Origin: Bryobacteraceae bacterium
Lineage (GTDB): Bacteria; Acidobacteriota; Terriglobia; Bryobacterales; Bryobacteraceae
NCBI GenBank assembly: GCA_035631295.1
Contig: DASQJB010000200.1
Coordinates: forward strand, 2,227-66,226
Reading direction: 5' to 3'
Length of the DNA stretch: 64,000 nucleotides
This document shows, one piece after another, positions 8,841 through 18,175 of the stretch; position 1 is the first letter of the stretch; every line of letters begins with the position of its first letter. A model generated the notes under the pieces. The model had not been told where the DNA came from, did not search any database, and worked only from the letters and a program-made list of their open reading frames with translations. A program made the translations under genes and the position numbers.

Positions 8841-9362
8841 ATGGGGCGAATGGGAGCGATTGCCGGCTCGGCCGTGTTTCTCGTCCTCGCTCCGGGCCTA
8901 GTGGCAGGTTGGATCCCTTGGTGGATCTCCGATTGGCGGCTGCAAGCTCCTTTCTTCGGCCTGCCGTTTGTCCGCGTAGGCGGCGGGATCCTCATCGCGC
9001 TTGGCGCAGTTGGCTTGTTAGATTCGTTCGCACGCTTTGCATGGCAGGGCGTCGGCACACCCGCGCCGGTCCTCCCAACGCGCAACCTGGTAGTCACCGG
9101 GCTATACCGTTATGTTCGAAATCCCATATACGTTTCGGTCGTGAGCGCCATCCTCGGCCAGGCGTTGCTTTTCGGAAATGCGATGCTGCTTGCCTACGGC
9201 GGCCTGGTCTGGCTGCTGTTTCACATTTTCGTGCTGGCTTATGAAGAACCTACCCTTCGGAACAAATTCGGCTCTGAGTATGAGGCATTCTGCGGCGAAG
9301 TCCCGAGGTGGATTCCTCGCCTTTCTCCCTGGACAGCACCACCGGAGGCCACGCGCCTATGA
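8841..9362 (+). CDS. Isoprenylcysteine carboxyl methyltransferase (ICMT)/phospholipid methyltransferase family membrane protein
   Basis: Signature GLYRYVRNPIY, several TM helices and EEPTLRNKFGSEYEAF. ATG 8841 was chosen; the 160-aa upstream extension in the ORF track is Arg/Pro-rich and was rejected. Confidence 0.8.
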   Translation: MGRMGAIAGSAVFLVLAPGLVAGWIPWWISDWRLQAPFFGLPFVRVGGGILIALGAVGLLDSFARFAWQGVGTPAPVLPTRNLVVTGLYRYVRNPIYVSVVSAILGQALLFGNAMLLAYGGLVWLLFHIFVLAYEEPTLRNKFGSEYEAFCGEVPRWIPRLSPWTAPPEATRL

Positions 9363-9429
9363 CCGATGATCATTCCAGCATGAGCAGCGTGGATTTGAAA
9401 TAATGATGGTCCGCCCTTGGGAGGATCTT

Positions 9430-10476
9430 ATGCTCGCTTGTCGCATCCCGCTCACGTTGGCCATCATTTCCGGCCTCGCAGCCGCTCAAACCGAGGACCC
9501 GGCCAAAGGCGTTTACCAGCGCACTAAGGTTCACGGTAAATCACTGGAAGGCAATCTTTCCAAAGAACCGTCGGACCGCGATGTTTCCGTATATTTGCCG
9601 CCGAGCTATGCGAAGGACGCGAACCGCCGCTATCCCGTGGTCTACTTGCTCCACGGCTACACTAACTCCGATATTGGCTGGTTCGGGCCGGAGTCGCGCG
9701 GCTCCTTCGCGAACGGAAACACCATGACCGCTGCGGCGGACAGAGCCTTCACTGGCGGAGGCGTAAGGGAGCTGATTCTCGTGATGCCTAACGCCTACAC
9801 CATCTACCAGGGCAGCATGTTTTCGAACTCCGTCACCACTGGCGATTGGGAGAGCTTCATTGCGAAAGACCTGGTGGAGTACATGGACAGCCACTATCGC
9901 ACCATTCCCACGCGCGTCGGCCGCGGTGTGGCGGGGCATTCGATGGGAGGCTACGGCACGATCCGCATTGCGATGAAATATCCGCAGGTGTTTTCAAGCA
10001 TCTACATTTTGAGCGCCTGCTGCCTGACCGCCAATCTCAATCCGAATTCGCAAAACTCCGCGCGCGCCGAAGCTCTCAAGAGTCCCGAGGAAGCCAAGGG
10101 AGCGGAGCGTGGGCTCGCGACGCTGCTCGCCGAGGCAGCGGCCTGGTCACCCAATGCGCAAAACCCACCGTTTTATTTCGATCTGCCGGCCAAAGACGGC
10201 AAGATTCAGCCCGCAGTCGTGGCGCGCTGGGTAGCCAATGCCCCACTTGCGATGGTCGATCAATATGCGACGGGTCTCAAAACTCTGCGGATCGGAATCG
10301 ATGTGGGCGACAAAGATGGCCTGGCGGCCAGCAATCGAGAGCTGAATAGAATATTGAACGGCTACGGCATTCAAACGGCCTTCGAAGTCTACGACGGCGA
10401 CCACACCAACCATATCGTGGACCGGATGGAAAAAGTTGTCCTGCCATTCTTCGCCAGGAATTTGGAGAGCCATTGA
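9430..10476 (+). CDS. Secreted esterase (putative esterase/esterase D-like alpha/beta hydrolase)
   Basis: GGGAGGA lies 4 nt upstream of ATG 9430; signal peptide present. YPVVYLLHGY and nucleophile elbow GHSMGGYG. Confidence 0.8.
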   Translation: MLACRIPLTLAIISGLAAAQTEDPAKGVYQRTKVHGKSLEGNLSKEPSDRDVSVYLPPSYAKDANRRYPVVYLLHGYTNSDIGWFGPESRGSFANGNTMTAAADRAFTGGGVRELILVMPNAYTIYQGSMFSNSVTTGDWESFIAKDLVEYMDSHYRTIPTRVGRGVAGHSMGGYGTIRIAMKYPQVFSSIYILSACCLTANLNPNSQNSARAEALKSPEEAKGAERGLATLLAEAAAWSPNAQNPPFYFDLPAKDGKIQPAVVARWVANAPLAMVDQYATGLKTLRIGIDVGDKDGLAASNRELNRILNGYGIQTAFEVYDGDHTNHIVDRMEKVVLPFFARNLESH

Positions 10477-10486
10477 GGGAGGCAAT

Positions 10487-11809
10487 ATGCGATTCGCGAA
10501 TGTCCTGATTTGTGGACTAGCTTTGATGGGCTTGGGAGCATTCCAAGCCTTTGCTCAACAGGCAACGCTGTTCGAGGGCGCGCGCCTCATTACGGGCGAT
10601 AGCGGCGTCGTGATCGAAAATTCCGCTTTCCTTGTCCAAGGCGACAAGATCACGCGTGTCGGGAAAAAAGGCGAGATTCGCCCGCCATCGAGTGCGGCGC
10701 ATGTGGATCTCACCGGCAAAACCGTGATGCCCACCTTGGTCGACGATCACGCTCACCTGGGTTGGCAGATCGTCAAGACCAGCCAGATCGGCGCCGACAC
10801 TTATTCCCGCCAGAACCTGATCGATCACTTACAGCGCTACGCCTACTACGGCATCGCCGCCGTCCAGAGTATGGGGATTGATCCGGGCGACACTCCTTAT
10901 CTGGTCCGTGCCGATCCAGGTCCCAACGCCGCTCTCTTCCACATCGCGGGCCGCGGCATCGCCATGCCGAACGCGGGTCCCGGACAAGCCTATTGGAAAC
11001 CTGTCGCCTATGGCGTCTCCACGGAAGCCGAGGCGCGGAAAGCCGTTCAGGAATTAGCGGCCAAAAAAGTCGACCTGGTCAAAATCTGGGTCGACGACCG
11101 GAACGGAACCGTGCCGAAGCTCACTCCGCCGCTCTATCGCGCCATTATCGACGAAGCACACAAACACAAAATCCGCGTAGCAGCCCACATTTATTATTTG
11201 GCGGACGCCAAGGAACTTCTGCGTTCGGGCGTGGACATTTTCGCTCATGGCATTCGCGATCGCGACGCCGACGACGAAGTCATCGCGCTTTTCAAAGGGC
11301 ATCCCAACGTCACCGTGATCCCGAACCTGCCGGAGCGCGAAACCACCGAAGACGATTTGCGGTTTGCGGCCGAAACGGTTCCGGCGGCTGAGATCCAAAA
11401 AATGCGCGATGCCATCGCGCATCGAAAGCCCGAGGACGTCCAGAAGGCTCGGGACTTCTACGGCGTTCAGGCGCGGAATCTAATGAAGCTCAATGCCGCG
11501 GGCGTGCGGATCGCCTTCGGCACCGATTCGAGCACCACGATTGGCTGGGCCGCGCATCAGGAGATGACGGATATGGTCGCGGCGGGACTGCCCCCCGCTC
11601 AGGTTCTAGCAGCGGCAACCAAGACCGCGGCCGAGTTGATGAAGCTCGATCAGCTTGGGACAGTCGGGGCCGGCAAGACCGCGGATTTCCTGGTGCTCGA
11701 CGCCAATCCTCTGGACAACATCAACAACTCGCGCCGCATCGCGAAAGTCTATTTGAATGGAAAGGAACTGGACCGGGCGGCGAAGCGCGCGGCTTGGGTG
11801 AGCCAGTAG
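10487..11809 (+). CDS. Amidohydrolase family protein (metal-dependent hydrolase), secreted
   Basis: GAGGGAGG lies upstream of ATG 10487; signal peptide present. DDHAHL metal motif, AHIYY, FGTDS. Confidence 0.8.
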   Translation: MRFANVLICGLALMGLGAFQAFAQQATLFEGARLITGDSGVVIENSAFLVQGDKITRVGKKGEIRPPSSAAHVDLTGKTVMPTLVDDHAHLGWQIVKTSQIGADTYSRQNLIDHLQRYAYYGIAAVQSMGIDPGDTPYLVRADPGPNAALFHIAGRGIAMPNAGPGQAYWKPVAYGVSTEAEARKAVQELAAKKVDLVKIWVDDRNGTVPKLTPPLYRAIIDEAHKHKIRVAAHIYYLADAKELLRSGVDIFAHGIRDRDADDEVIALFKGHPNVTVIPNLPERETTEDDLRFAAETVPAAEIQKMRDAIAHRKPEDVQKARDFYGVQARNLMKLNAAGVRIAFGTDSSTTIGWAAHQEMTDMVAAGLPPAQVLAAATKTAAELMKLDQLGTVGAGKTADFLVLDANPLDNINNSRRIAKVYLNGKELDRAAKRAAWVSQ

Positions 11810-11811
11810 CG

Positions 11812-12615
11812 TCAGTTTTCGGAAGGTCGCTCGATGCGATCGATCATCAGCGCGTCCACCTGCCCCTTGGTCGCCTCCAATTGAAGCCCAAGCTGCTCCT
11901 GGACGGCTTTGAATAGATCCGGCAGATCGCTATTTTCCGGCCGAGGCACAATTCCGGCCCACAAACGGTCGTCGGGTGCAAACTCCAGGTCGAAATCGTA
12001 CCGGCCCGAAAGCCCGGTTCGATCCAGAACCGGACGATCCAGCGGCGATCGCTGTAACACTGAGGCAAATTCAGACATGGTCGCGTAGCGCGCCGGCAGC
12101 CGAGCAAAAGTGGGCGCCAGAGTAAAGACAAGCGGTGGAGGACCTTGCGGCGTGGCGTCCGGAATAACCGTGCTCTGCTTCAGCTTCGACCCTCCCTTTG
12201 CGACGCTCAACGCATAAATCGAGAGTTGCTTCGGCTCTCGATGGAAGGCAAGTTTGTACCGCTCCCTCAGGAGCTCCCGAAGCATCGTCATCTGCTCATC
12301 TAAGTTAGGCCGAATCGTCCCCGGCGTTTTTGCAAGAATGTCCCAATGCTCGGAATCGACCCACGCCGGACCGCCTGAAATCGCCTGCGGGCTCAAATCG
12401 TAAGCCGCGGCGATAAGCGTTCGAACCGCGTGGTTGTGCGCCTGGAAGCGGTCGGCGCTCTGCATTCTGATCCACCGTCCGTCCCGGGCATCGGGGTCGC
12501 TGGGCTTTACTGTCGCCACTTCGAACGCATCGAATTGACGCCGCGTCGTCTGCCCGGCGATGCCGACTGTCGAAGCAACAAGAGCGGCAAAAACGCATCG
12601 TGGAGCATGCTGCAT
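11812..12615 (-). CDS. TIGR03435 family soil-associated (Acidobacteria-type) protein
   Basis: N-terminal signal followed by FEVATVKPSDPD, and a C-terminal ...IDRIERPSEN pattern typical of this paralogous family. Confidence 0.75.
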   Translation of the reverse strand: MQHAPRCVFAALVASTVGIAGQTTRRQFDAFEVATVKPSDPDARDGRWIRMQSADRFQAHNHAVRTLIAAAYDLSPQAISGGPAWVDSEHWDILAKTPGTIRPNLDEQMTMLRELLRERYKLAFHREPKQLSIYALSVAKGGSKLKQSTVIPDATPQGPPPLVFTLAPTFARLPARYATMSEFASVLQRSPLDRPVLDRTGLSGRYDFDLEFAPDDRLWAGIVPRPENSDLPDLFKAVQEQLGLQLEATKGQVDALMIDRIERPSEN

Positions 12616-12671
12616 TCCTTTATCGTATATCCGATGTCACGAAAACGATGTAAACTGGTCTCCCAGACGCC

Positions 12672-14423
12672 ATGCAGCAACTCAAGTCCGTGGATGTCGT
12701 AATCGCCGGCGGCGGTTTTGTCGGCCTCACATTGGCCAAGGAGATTACCGCGCGCACCGGGCTCTCCGTCGTGGTTCTCGAACGCGGCCGACCTCGCAAG
12801 ACCTCCGACTACGGCGCCGATATGGATGAGCTGGACTACGCCCTCCGCTATCGCATGATGCAGAACCCCGCCGAGGAGACCGCCACGCACCGTCATTCTT
12901 CTCGCGCGAGCGCAGTCCCCATTCGCCAGTACGGCTCCTTCAATCCGGGAACGGGGGTGGGAGGCGCTGGAGAGCACTGGGGCGCCATCTCCTACCGCTT
13001 CTATCCGGAACATTTCAAGCTCGCCACGTTCTTACGCGAAAAGCACGGCAGCCGGCTGCCCGAGGGAGTAGCCGTTCAGGACTGGGGATTCGGATACGAC
13101 GAAATCGAGCCTTATTACTGGCGCGTAGAGCAAATGATGGGCGTCGGCGGCAAGGCGGGAAACTTACAGAATCGTCGGATCGATGGCGGCAATGTCTTCG
13201 AAGGTTCTCGCTCGCACGAGTATCCCAATCCACCGCACAAGATGCCATACGCGCCCATCGTGTTTGAAACGGCAGCGCGCGAGCTGGGCTACCATCCCTA
13301 TCCCATCCCCACGGCCACGCTCAGCCGCGCTTACACCAACCCCGATGGCGTCTCGCGCCCGGGCTGCGCTTATTGCGGCTTTTGCTCGCGCTACGGCTGC
13401 ATGATCGGAGCCAAGGCCCAGCCGACAAACATATTGATGCCGCTACTGCAAAAGCGGAAAAATTTCACGCTGCGCACTGGCTGCAACGTGCGGAGAATCG
13501 TCCACAAGGACGGCCGCGCGGTTGGCTTGAGTTATTTCGATGCTTCCGGCCAGGAGATTCTCCAACCGGCGGACATCGTAATTGTCGCCTCCTGGACGCT
13601 GAACAACTCGCGCCTGCTGCTGCTGTCGAAGCTAGGCGAGCCCTACGATCCGACTACGGGAAAAGGAACGGTGGGAAAAAACCTCACCCACCAGGTCAAC
13701 CAAGCGACTCGAATCTTCCTCGACAAGCCCCTCAATGCTTTTATGGGCGCCGGCGGATTGGGAATGGGCATCAGCGACTTCGATGGCAAAGAAGGCGTGG
13801 ATGCATTTCCCGGCGTGCTGCGTGGCGGCAACATCCGTCTGATGAGCACAGGCGAGGGGCAAATCGCCTCCTTCGGCGTGATTCCTCCAGGCGAGGCGAA
13901 ATCGGATTGGGGATCGGAGTGGAAGAAGGCGGCGCTAAAATGGCACGATCACGCCGCCGCGATCAGCACCGAAGCGGAACACCTCGCCTATCGCCAGAAC
14001 CACATCGACCTCGATCCTACCTACACCGATAAGTTCGGCGATCCGCTGACGCGCTTGACGCTGGACTGGACAGAGCACGAGCGCGCCCAGGGGGCGATGC
14101 TCACTCAGATTCACGCAAAAATCGCCAATGCGATGAACGCGAAATCTGGCGGCGCCAACTCGCGCCTGCTGGAGCGTTACACGGTTACTCAGTATCAGAG
14201 CACGCACATCAATGGAGGCGCGATCATGGGCGGCTCGCCTGAGTCGAGCGTCGTGAATCCGTGGCTGCAACACTGGCAAGCGCAGAACCTGTGGGTAGTA
14301 GGAGGGTCGGCTTTTCCGCAGAACGGCTCAGGCAACCCGACGCTCACCATTTTGGCGATCACATTCCGCGCCGCCGACGCGTTGATCGATCGCTACTTGA
14401 AGCATCCGGGAGGCCTCGCATGA
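12672..14423 (+). CDS. GMC family FAD-dependent oxidoreductase (gluconate 2-dehydrogenase flavoprotein-like)
   Basis: FAD fold DVVIAGGGFVGLTLA and C-terminal GMC motifs (GGAIMG, NPTLTILA). Confidence 0.85.
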   Translation: MQQLKSVDVVIAGGGFVGLTLAKEITARTGLSVVVLERGRPRKTSDYGADMDELDYALRYRMMQNPAEETATHRHSSRASAVPIRQYGSFNPGTGVGGAGEHWGAISYRFYPEHFKLATFLREKHGSRLPEGVAVQDWGFGYDEIEPYYWRVEQMMGVGGKAGNLQNRRIDGGNVFEGSRSHEYPNPPHKMPYAPIVFETAARELGYHPYPIPTATLSRAYTNPDGVSRPGCAYCGFCSRYGCMIGAKAQPTNILMPLLQKRKNFTLRTGCNVRRIVHKDGRAVGLSYFDASGQEILQPADIVIVASWTLNNSRLLLLSKLGEPYDPTTGKGTVGKNLTHQVNQATRIFLDKPLNAFMGAGGLGMGISDFDGKEGVDAFPGVLRGGNIRLMSTGEGQIASFGVIPPGEAKSDWGSEWKKAALKWHDHAAAISTEAEHLAYRQNHIDLDPTYTDKFGDPLTRLTLDWTEHERAQGAMLTQIHAKIANAMNAKSGGANSRLLERYTVTQYQSTHINGGAIMGGSPESSVVNPWLQHWQAQNLWVVGGSAFPQNGSGNPTLTILAITFRAADALIDRYLKHPGGLA

Positions 14424-15082
14424 AACGGCGCGAATTCATCACCCTGCCCGCGAAGAGCTTGGGCGGCGTCCTGCTGTATACGCTCGCCGGCGAACCGATC
14501 CGAGTGCACGCCCAAACCGGCGCTGCCCGCATCCCTTTGCGATTCTTCACCGCGGCCGAGGCGCGCATCGTCGAAACCGCCTGCGACCGCATTTTCCCCA
14601 GCGACGAAAGCGGCCCCGGCGCCAAGGAGGCCGGCGTGGTGGTCTTCATCGATCGCCAGCTCGCAGGGCCTTACGGCAAAGACAAATACCGCTATACCAA
14701 GCCGCCCTTTGTCGATTCCGTGCCCGAACACGGATACCAGGGAAAGGCGACTCCGCGAGACATCTATCGTGAAGGAATCCAGAACCTCGGGAACTTCGCC
14801 GAGCTTTCCCCAGCCGAACGCGATCAGCGGCTGCGCTCCATCGAGAATACGCAGTTCTTCCGGCTGCTCCGCCAGCACACCATTGAAGGAATGTTCAGCG
14901 ATCCGATGCACGGCGGCAATGCCGGGCTGATTGGCTGGCAGCTCATCGGATATCCGGGCCCGCTGATGAGCTATCGCGACGAAATCGATAAATTCCACGG
15001 CATTCCGTTCCGGCGTAAGCCCGCGGGTCTGGCGCAGCTAGCCGGCCGGCCCGTTACGGGTTGGGAAGAAGAGAAGGATTGA
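14420..15082 (+). CDS. Gluconate 2-dehydrogenase subunit 3 family protein (Tat-signal small subunit)
   Basis: ATG 14420 overlaps the GMC stop (ATGA). MKRREFITL is Tat-like. FFTAAEARIVETACDRIFPSDE is typical of the family. Confidence 0.8.
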   Translation: MKRREFITLPAKSLGGVLLYTLAGEPIRVHAQTGAARIPLRFFTAAEARIVETACDRIFPSDESGPGAKEAGVVVFIDRQLAGPYGKDKYRYTKPPFVDSVPEHGYQGKATPRDIYREGIQNLGNFAELSPAERDQRLRSIENTQFFRLLRQHTIEGMFSDPMHGGNAGLIGWQLIGYPGPLMSYRDEIDKFHGIPFRRKPAGLAQLAGRPVTGWEEEKD

Positions 15083-15091
15083 CGCGCGACG

Positions 15092-15898
15092 TCAGCAGTC
15101 CGGAAAACTGAGCCCGAATCTGCTGCGCGACGCTAAAAGGCCGGTGGCCGCGCCAATGTCGATGTCCGCAATCAGAAGCCCTTCTTTCCCGTAAGGCTGA
15201 TAGCAGAGCACCATTCCGTCCGGCCGCACCACGGCCGAGGTGGTCGGCGACCCGGGGCTGGCGACATTCACCGTCGCGACGTAGCAGGTGTTCTCGGCGG
15301 CACGGCATAACACCGCTTTTTCGTGGAACGTGTTGCGCGGATCAGCGAAAGTCGAGGGAACGTAACCGCCCGGCTCCGCTTCGTGAAAGTGCGGGTGAAA
15401 TACGATATGCGCGCCGCGCTGCGCGGCCCATCGGACCGTTTCCGGATATCGCCAGCCCTCATGGCAGATCGCGACGCCAAACGTCACCGGGCCTGCTTGA
15501 AACATCCGCCTCCCGCATCCCAGCGAATAAACTGCCTCCTCGGAAGGATCGATCTGACCCTTGTCTTGGAAACCGGCGATCGCCCCATCCCGATTGACCA
15601 CCAACGCCGTTAAGAATAAGGCTCCATCAACCACGCGCTCCGTTCCGAGAACGACCCCAATGTCCGCTCTCCCCGCCGCCGCCGCGATCGCTCGCCACGC
15701 CCGATCCAGAAATGCTGCGTCGGGAGGCGGAATCGCCTTGCCTTTCCCGCGGTATCCCGGGACATAACCCTCCGGAAAGCACATCAAGCTGGCGCCCTCC
15801 GTCGACGCCTGAGCAATGGCTTCTTCGGCCAATGCAACGGACTCTTCCGGCGTCGACGGGAATCGCAAGTTGGCTAGCGCAATCCGAAAGCTGTCCAT
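15092..15898 (-). CDS. Carbon-nitrogen hydrolase (nitrilase superfamily) protein
   Basis: Nitrilase-superfamily signature elements: FPEGYVPGY (Glu), a Lys region, and GVAICHEGWRYPE (Cys). Confidence 0.85.
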   Translation of the reverse strand: MDSFRIALANLRFPSTPEESVALAEEAIAQASTEGASLMCFPEGYVPGYRGKGKAIPPPDAAFLDRAWRAIAAAAGRADIGVVLGTERVVDGALFLTALVVNRDGAIAGFQDKGQIDPSEEAVYSLGCGRRMFQAGPVTFGVAICHEGWRYPETVRWAAQRGAHIVFHPHFHEAEPGGYVPSTFADPRNTFHEKAVLCRAAENTCYVATVNVASPGSPTTSAVVRPDGMVLCYQPYGKEGLLIADIDIGAATGLLASRSRFGLSFPDC

Positions 15899-15900
15899 AA

Positions 15901-16770
15901 CTACTCCAGTCCCAACGCCCGCGCTGGGTTGGCCTTCGCCATTTTCTCAATGTCCGACGCTGCAATTCCTTCCTTCCGCATCGCCTCAAAGAATGCAAGC
16001 ATGCCGTCAGGATGCATAGGGCTATTGGGCTGGCCCAGGTCCGAGGAAAGAATGACATGCTCCGCGCCAACTGCCCGAATCGCGCGCGCCCATTCGGCGG
16101 CGTTCATGCGTCCGTACACGAGCTCAATGTATGCCCCGAGCCGCGCAGCCTCCCGCATCTGCTCCACGTTCATTCGCACGGGAGGCGTAAGGGCGTGCGT
16201 CACCACCCTATGCCGCACTCCCTGCCGTTGCGCCTCGCGAAGAATCATCAGGCATTCCTCGGGCGAGGAGTGCCCGGTCTCCAGCGTCAGGTTGTGGCGC
16301 GCGGCCGCCGCGATCACCTCTTTGGTAGCCGGCAGCAACTGTCCGTCCTTCGCCACGGCCACAAACGGACGGTTCTCCTTGGAGTAGCGCACCTGGTTCT
16401 CCGCGTCGTACGTCGGCATCCAAACCACGCGGCCCCATCCGCCTTTCACCATCGTCATCCGTTCCACCGCGGCCGGATTCAGTCCTCCCACCGGAAGATT
16501 CAGAACGATGCCGCCGAAGACCTCGATTCCCGGAACCTCTTTGCGCACCAGATATGCGACCGATGCCGTGGACTCCCAATGATTCTTGAGCACCAGGCCC
16601 CGCATCCCGCGGCCCTTGGCTAGCTTGGCAAGGTCGATCGCGTCGATGGACCGCGGCGAGCTGTCCGGATCGCTGTGGGCGTGGACGTCGATCACTCCAT
16701 CGAGAGTCTGTCCGCGGCCGCACACGCCCGCCAGAAGGGCCCAAGCGAGAAGTGTTCTTCGATGATTCAT
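15901..16770 (-). CDS. TIM-barrel metal-dependent hydrolase-like protein (amidohydrolase-related), secreted
   Basis: ATG 16770 gives a signal peptide, followed by IDVHAHSDPD (metal-binding His pair). The ORF-track start at 16866 was rejected. Confidence 0.6.
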   Translation of the reverse strand: MNHRRTLLAWALLAGVCGRGQTLDGVIDVHAHSDPDSSPRSIDAIDLAKLAKGRGMRGLVLKNHWESTASVAYLVRKEVPGIEVFGGIVLNLPVGGLNPAAVERMTMVKGGWGRVVWMPTYDAENQVRYSKENRPFVAVAKDGQLLPATKEVIAAAARHNLTLETGHSSPEECLMILREAQRQGVRHRVVTHALTPPVRMNVEQMREAARLGAYIELVYGRMNAAEWARAIRAVGAEHVILSSDLGQPNSPMHPDGMLAFFEAMRKEGIAASDIEKMAKANPARALGLE

Positions 16771-16838
16771 CTTTTCTCGCACGATCTTCCCTATTATGAC
16801 GATTACGACGCCGGATGGCGGTTTATGGCCGGCTTCAA

Positions 16839-16866
16839 CGCATAGAATCATACCGCATAGAATCAT
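16839..16866. repeat. Perfect 13-nt direct repeat x2 (CGCATAGAATCAT, period 15), each copy containing a -10-like TAGAAT
   Basis: Copies at 16839-16851 and 16854-16866, in the divergent intergenic region. The second copy ends 12 nt before the TIR gene ATG. Confidence 0.6.
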
Positions 16867-16877
16867 GAAGAGGAAGA

Positions 16878-17780
16878 ATGGACGCCTTCCTTAGCCACTC
16901 GTCGCAAGACATCGCAATGGCGATGAAAGCTCGCACGATCCTCAGCGAAGCGGGGCTACAGCCGTGGCTGGACCAGTCGGACCTGCCGTTTGGTTTTTTG
17001 CTGCGCGATGAGTTATTGGCCGCGATTCGAGGCAGCCGCGTCTTGGTGCTGCTCTGGTCAAAGGCGGCCTCGAAGTCTCCGTGGGTTGCCTCGGAGTTGC
17101 TCACCGCGTTTCACTTGGGTCGCTTCATTGTCCCCGTGACGCTTGACAAAACGCATCTTCCGCAATTTCTTCAGAACACGGTCTATCTCGGTCCTGGTCG
17201 GCGCGGTGAGGCGGCCCTGCAAAACTTGCCGCGCGCCATCCGCGAAGCTCCGGATGCGCCCAACAAATTTCCACCGGTTGTCGCGAATCTCACGATCGAG
17301 CAAGATCTGATGGGAGTCACCATCGCGCTCGCTCAGCGCAAGGAATTGGCGCTGATGCCAGGCGACGATGCGCGCAAGGTGCACGTAGAGGTCGACGCCA
17401 TGATCCGCGAAGCTCTGAAGAAGTGGAAGTACGACTCGTTGATTCTTGCGGAAGCAGGCTACCACGTCAAGAACGCGTATCTGCTGAAGCACTGGCAAGC
17501 TTATCAAGCCGGCCGTCCTCCTCAAGACCCCCTCCTGGCTCGCGCGGAGGCCAGATTTTTTGACACCCTGTTTGTGAACCCGGAGGATCCTTCCGCATTG
17601 AATGGACTCGGCAGCATTTTGAGCCTTCAGCGAGAGCCCTACGCCGCGGAGTTCTTCATCCTGCGCGCGCTCGAGATTACTCGTCGAATGGGCCAGCCGT
17701 ATCCGGAAGCCGAGCACGACCTAGCCTTGGTCCGGAGCTTTCTCCCGGAGCGCGCGCAAACTCGCGAAACCAGGGCGTAA
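16878..17780 (+). CDS. TIR domain protein with a C-terminal helical/TPR-like region
   Basis: N-terminal ~125 aa: DAFLSHSSQD ... WLDQSDLPFG ... AIRGSRVLVLLWSKAASKSPWVASEL (TIR beta-A strand and WxxxE Glu). The C-terminal ~170 aa are helical repeats (NPEDPSALNGLGSILSLQREPYAAEFFILRALEI). Confidence 0.8.
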   Translation: MDAFLSHSSQDIAMAMKARTILSEAGLQPWLDQSDLPFGFLLRDELLAAIRGSRVLVLLWSKAASKSPWVASELLTAFHLGRFIVPVTLDKTHLPQFLQNTVYLGPGRRGEAALQNLPRAIREAPDAPNKFPPVVANLTIEQDLMGVTIALAQRKELALMPGDDARKVHVEVDAMIREALKKWKYDSLILAEAGYHVKNAYLLKHWQAYQAGRPPQDPLLARAEARFFDTLFVNPEDPSALNGLGSILSLQREPYAAEFFILRALEITRRMGQPYPEAEHDLALVRSFLPERAQTRETRA

Positions 17781-17819
17781 ACTCTGTTCCAAACTACCAT
17801 CGCCAATAACGCCGTTCCA

Positions 17820-18086
17820 ATGTGGTATCAATTGAGAGTTATGCCATCAGAAGAAGAATTAACAGCGGAAATCGAGCGGCTTCGAAAAGAAAACGAGGCG
17901 CTGAAAAAACCAACACGCGGACAGATCTCACTAAGAGTAAGCGAAAAAGGCGCACTTTCGGTATATGGTTTGGGCAGGTTCCCCGTCACGCTCTACCGCG
18001 AGCAGTGGGAAAAGCTTCTGGGAATCGCGGATGAAATCACAAACTTTATCCGTGAAAATGACCGTGCCCTGAAGAAAAAGGAATAA
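17820..18086 (+). CDS. Small hypothetical coiled-coil protein (81-88 aa) downstream of the TIR gene
   Basis: The ORF is visibly AT-richer than its flanks. Heptad-like EEELTAEIERLRKENEALKK is followed by ISLRVSEKGALSVYGLGRFPVTLYREQWEKLL. Alternative start at ATG 17841. Confidence 0.55.
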   Translation: MWYQLRVMPSEEELTAEIERLRKENEALKKPTRGQISLRVSEKGALSVYGLGRFPVTLYREQWEKLLGIADEITNFIRENDRALKKKE

Positions 18087-18175
18087 CACTCCAGTTATCG
18101 TGTGGCGACCTCTGGCTCGGCAGCAGCTCGTCCGGGAACGTGATAGATTTGTCTCGAAGAAGGGAGAATGCCGTG

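Noticed and set aside
16878-18086. Classification of the TIR locus as a canonical Thoeris (ThsA/ThsB) system
   Set aside because: No SIR2, Macro or SLOG (ThsA-like) gene is present anywhere nearby. The TIR protein also carries its own C-terminal repeat domain, so it does not fit the known architecture.
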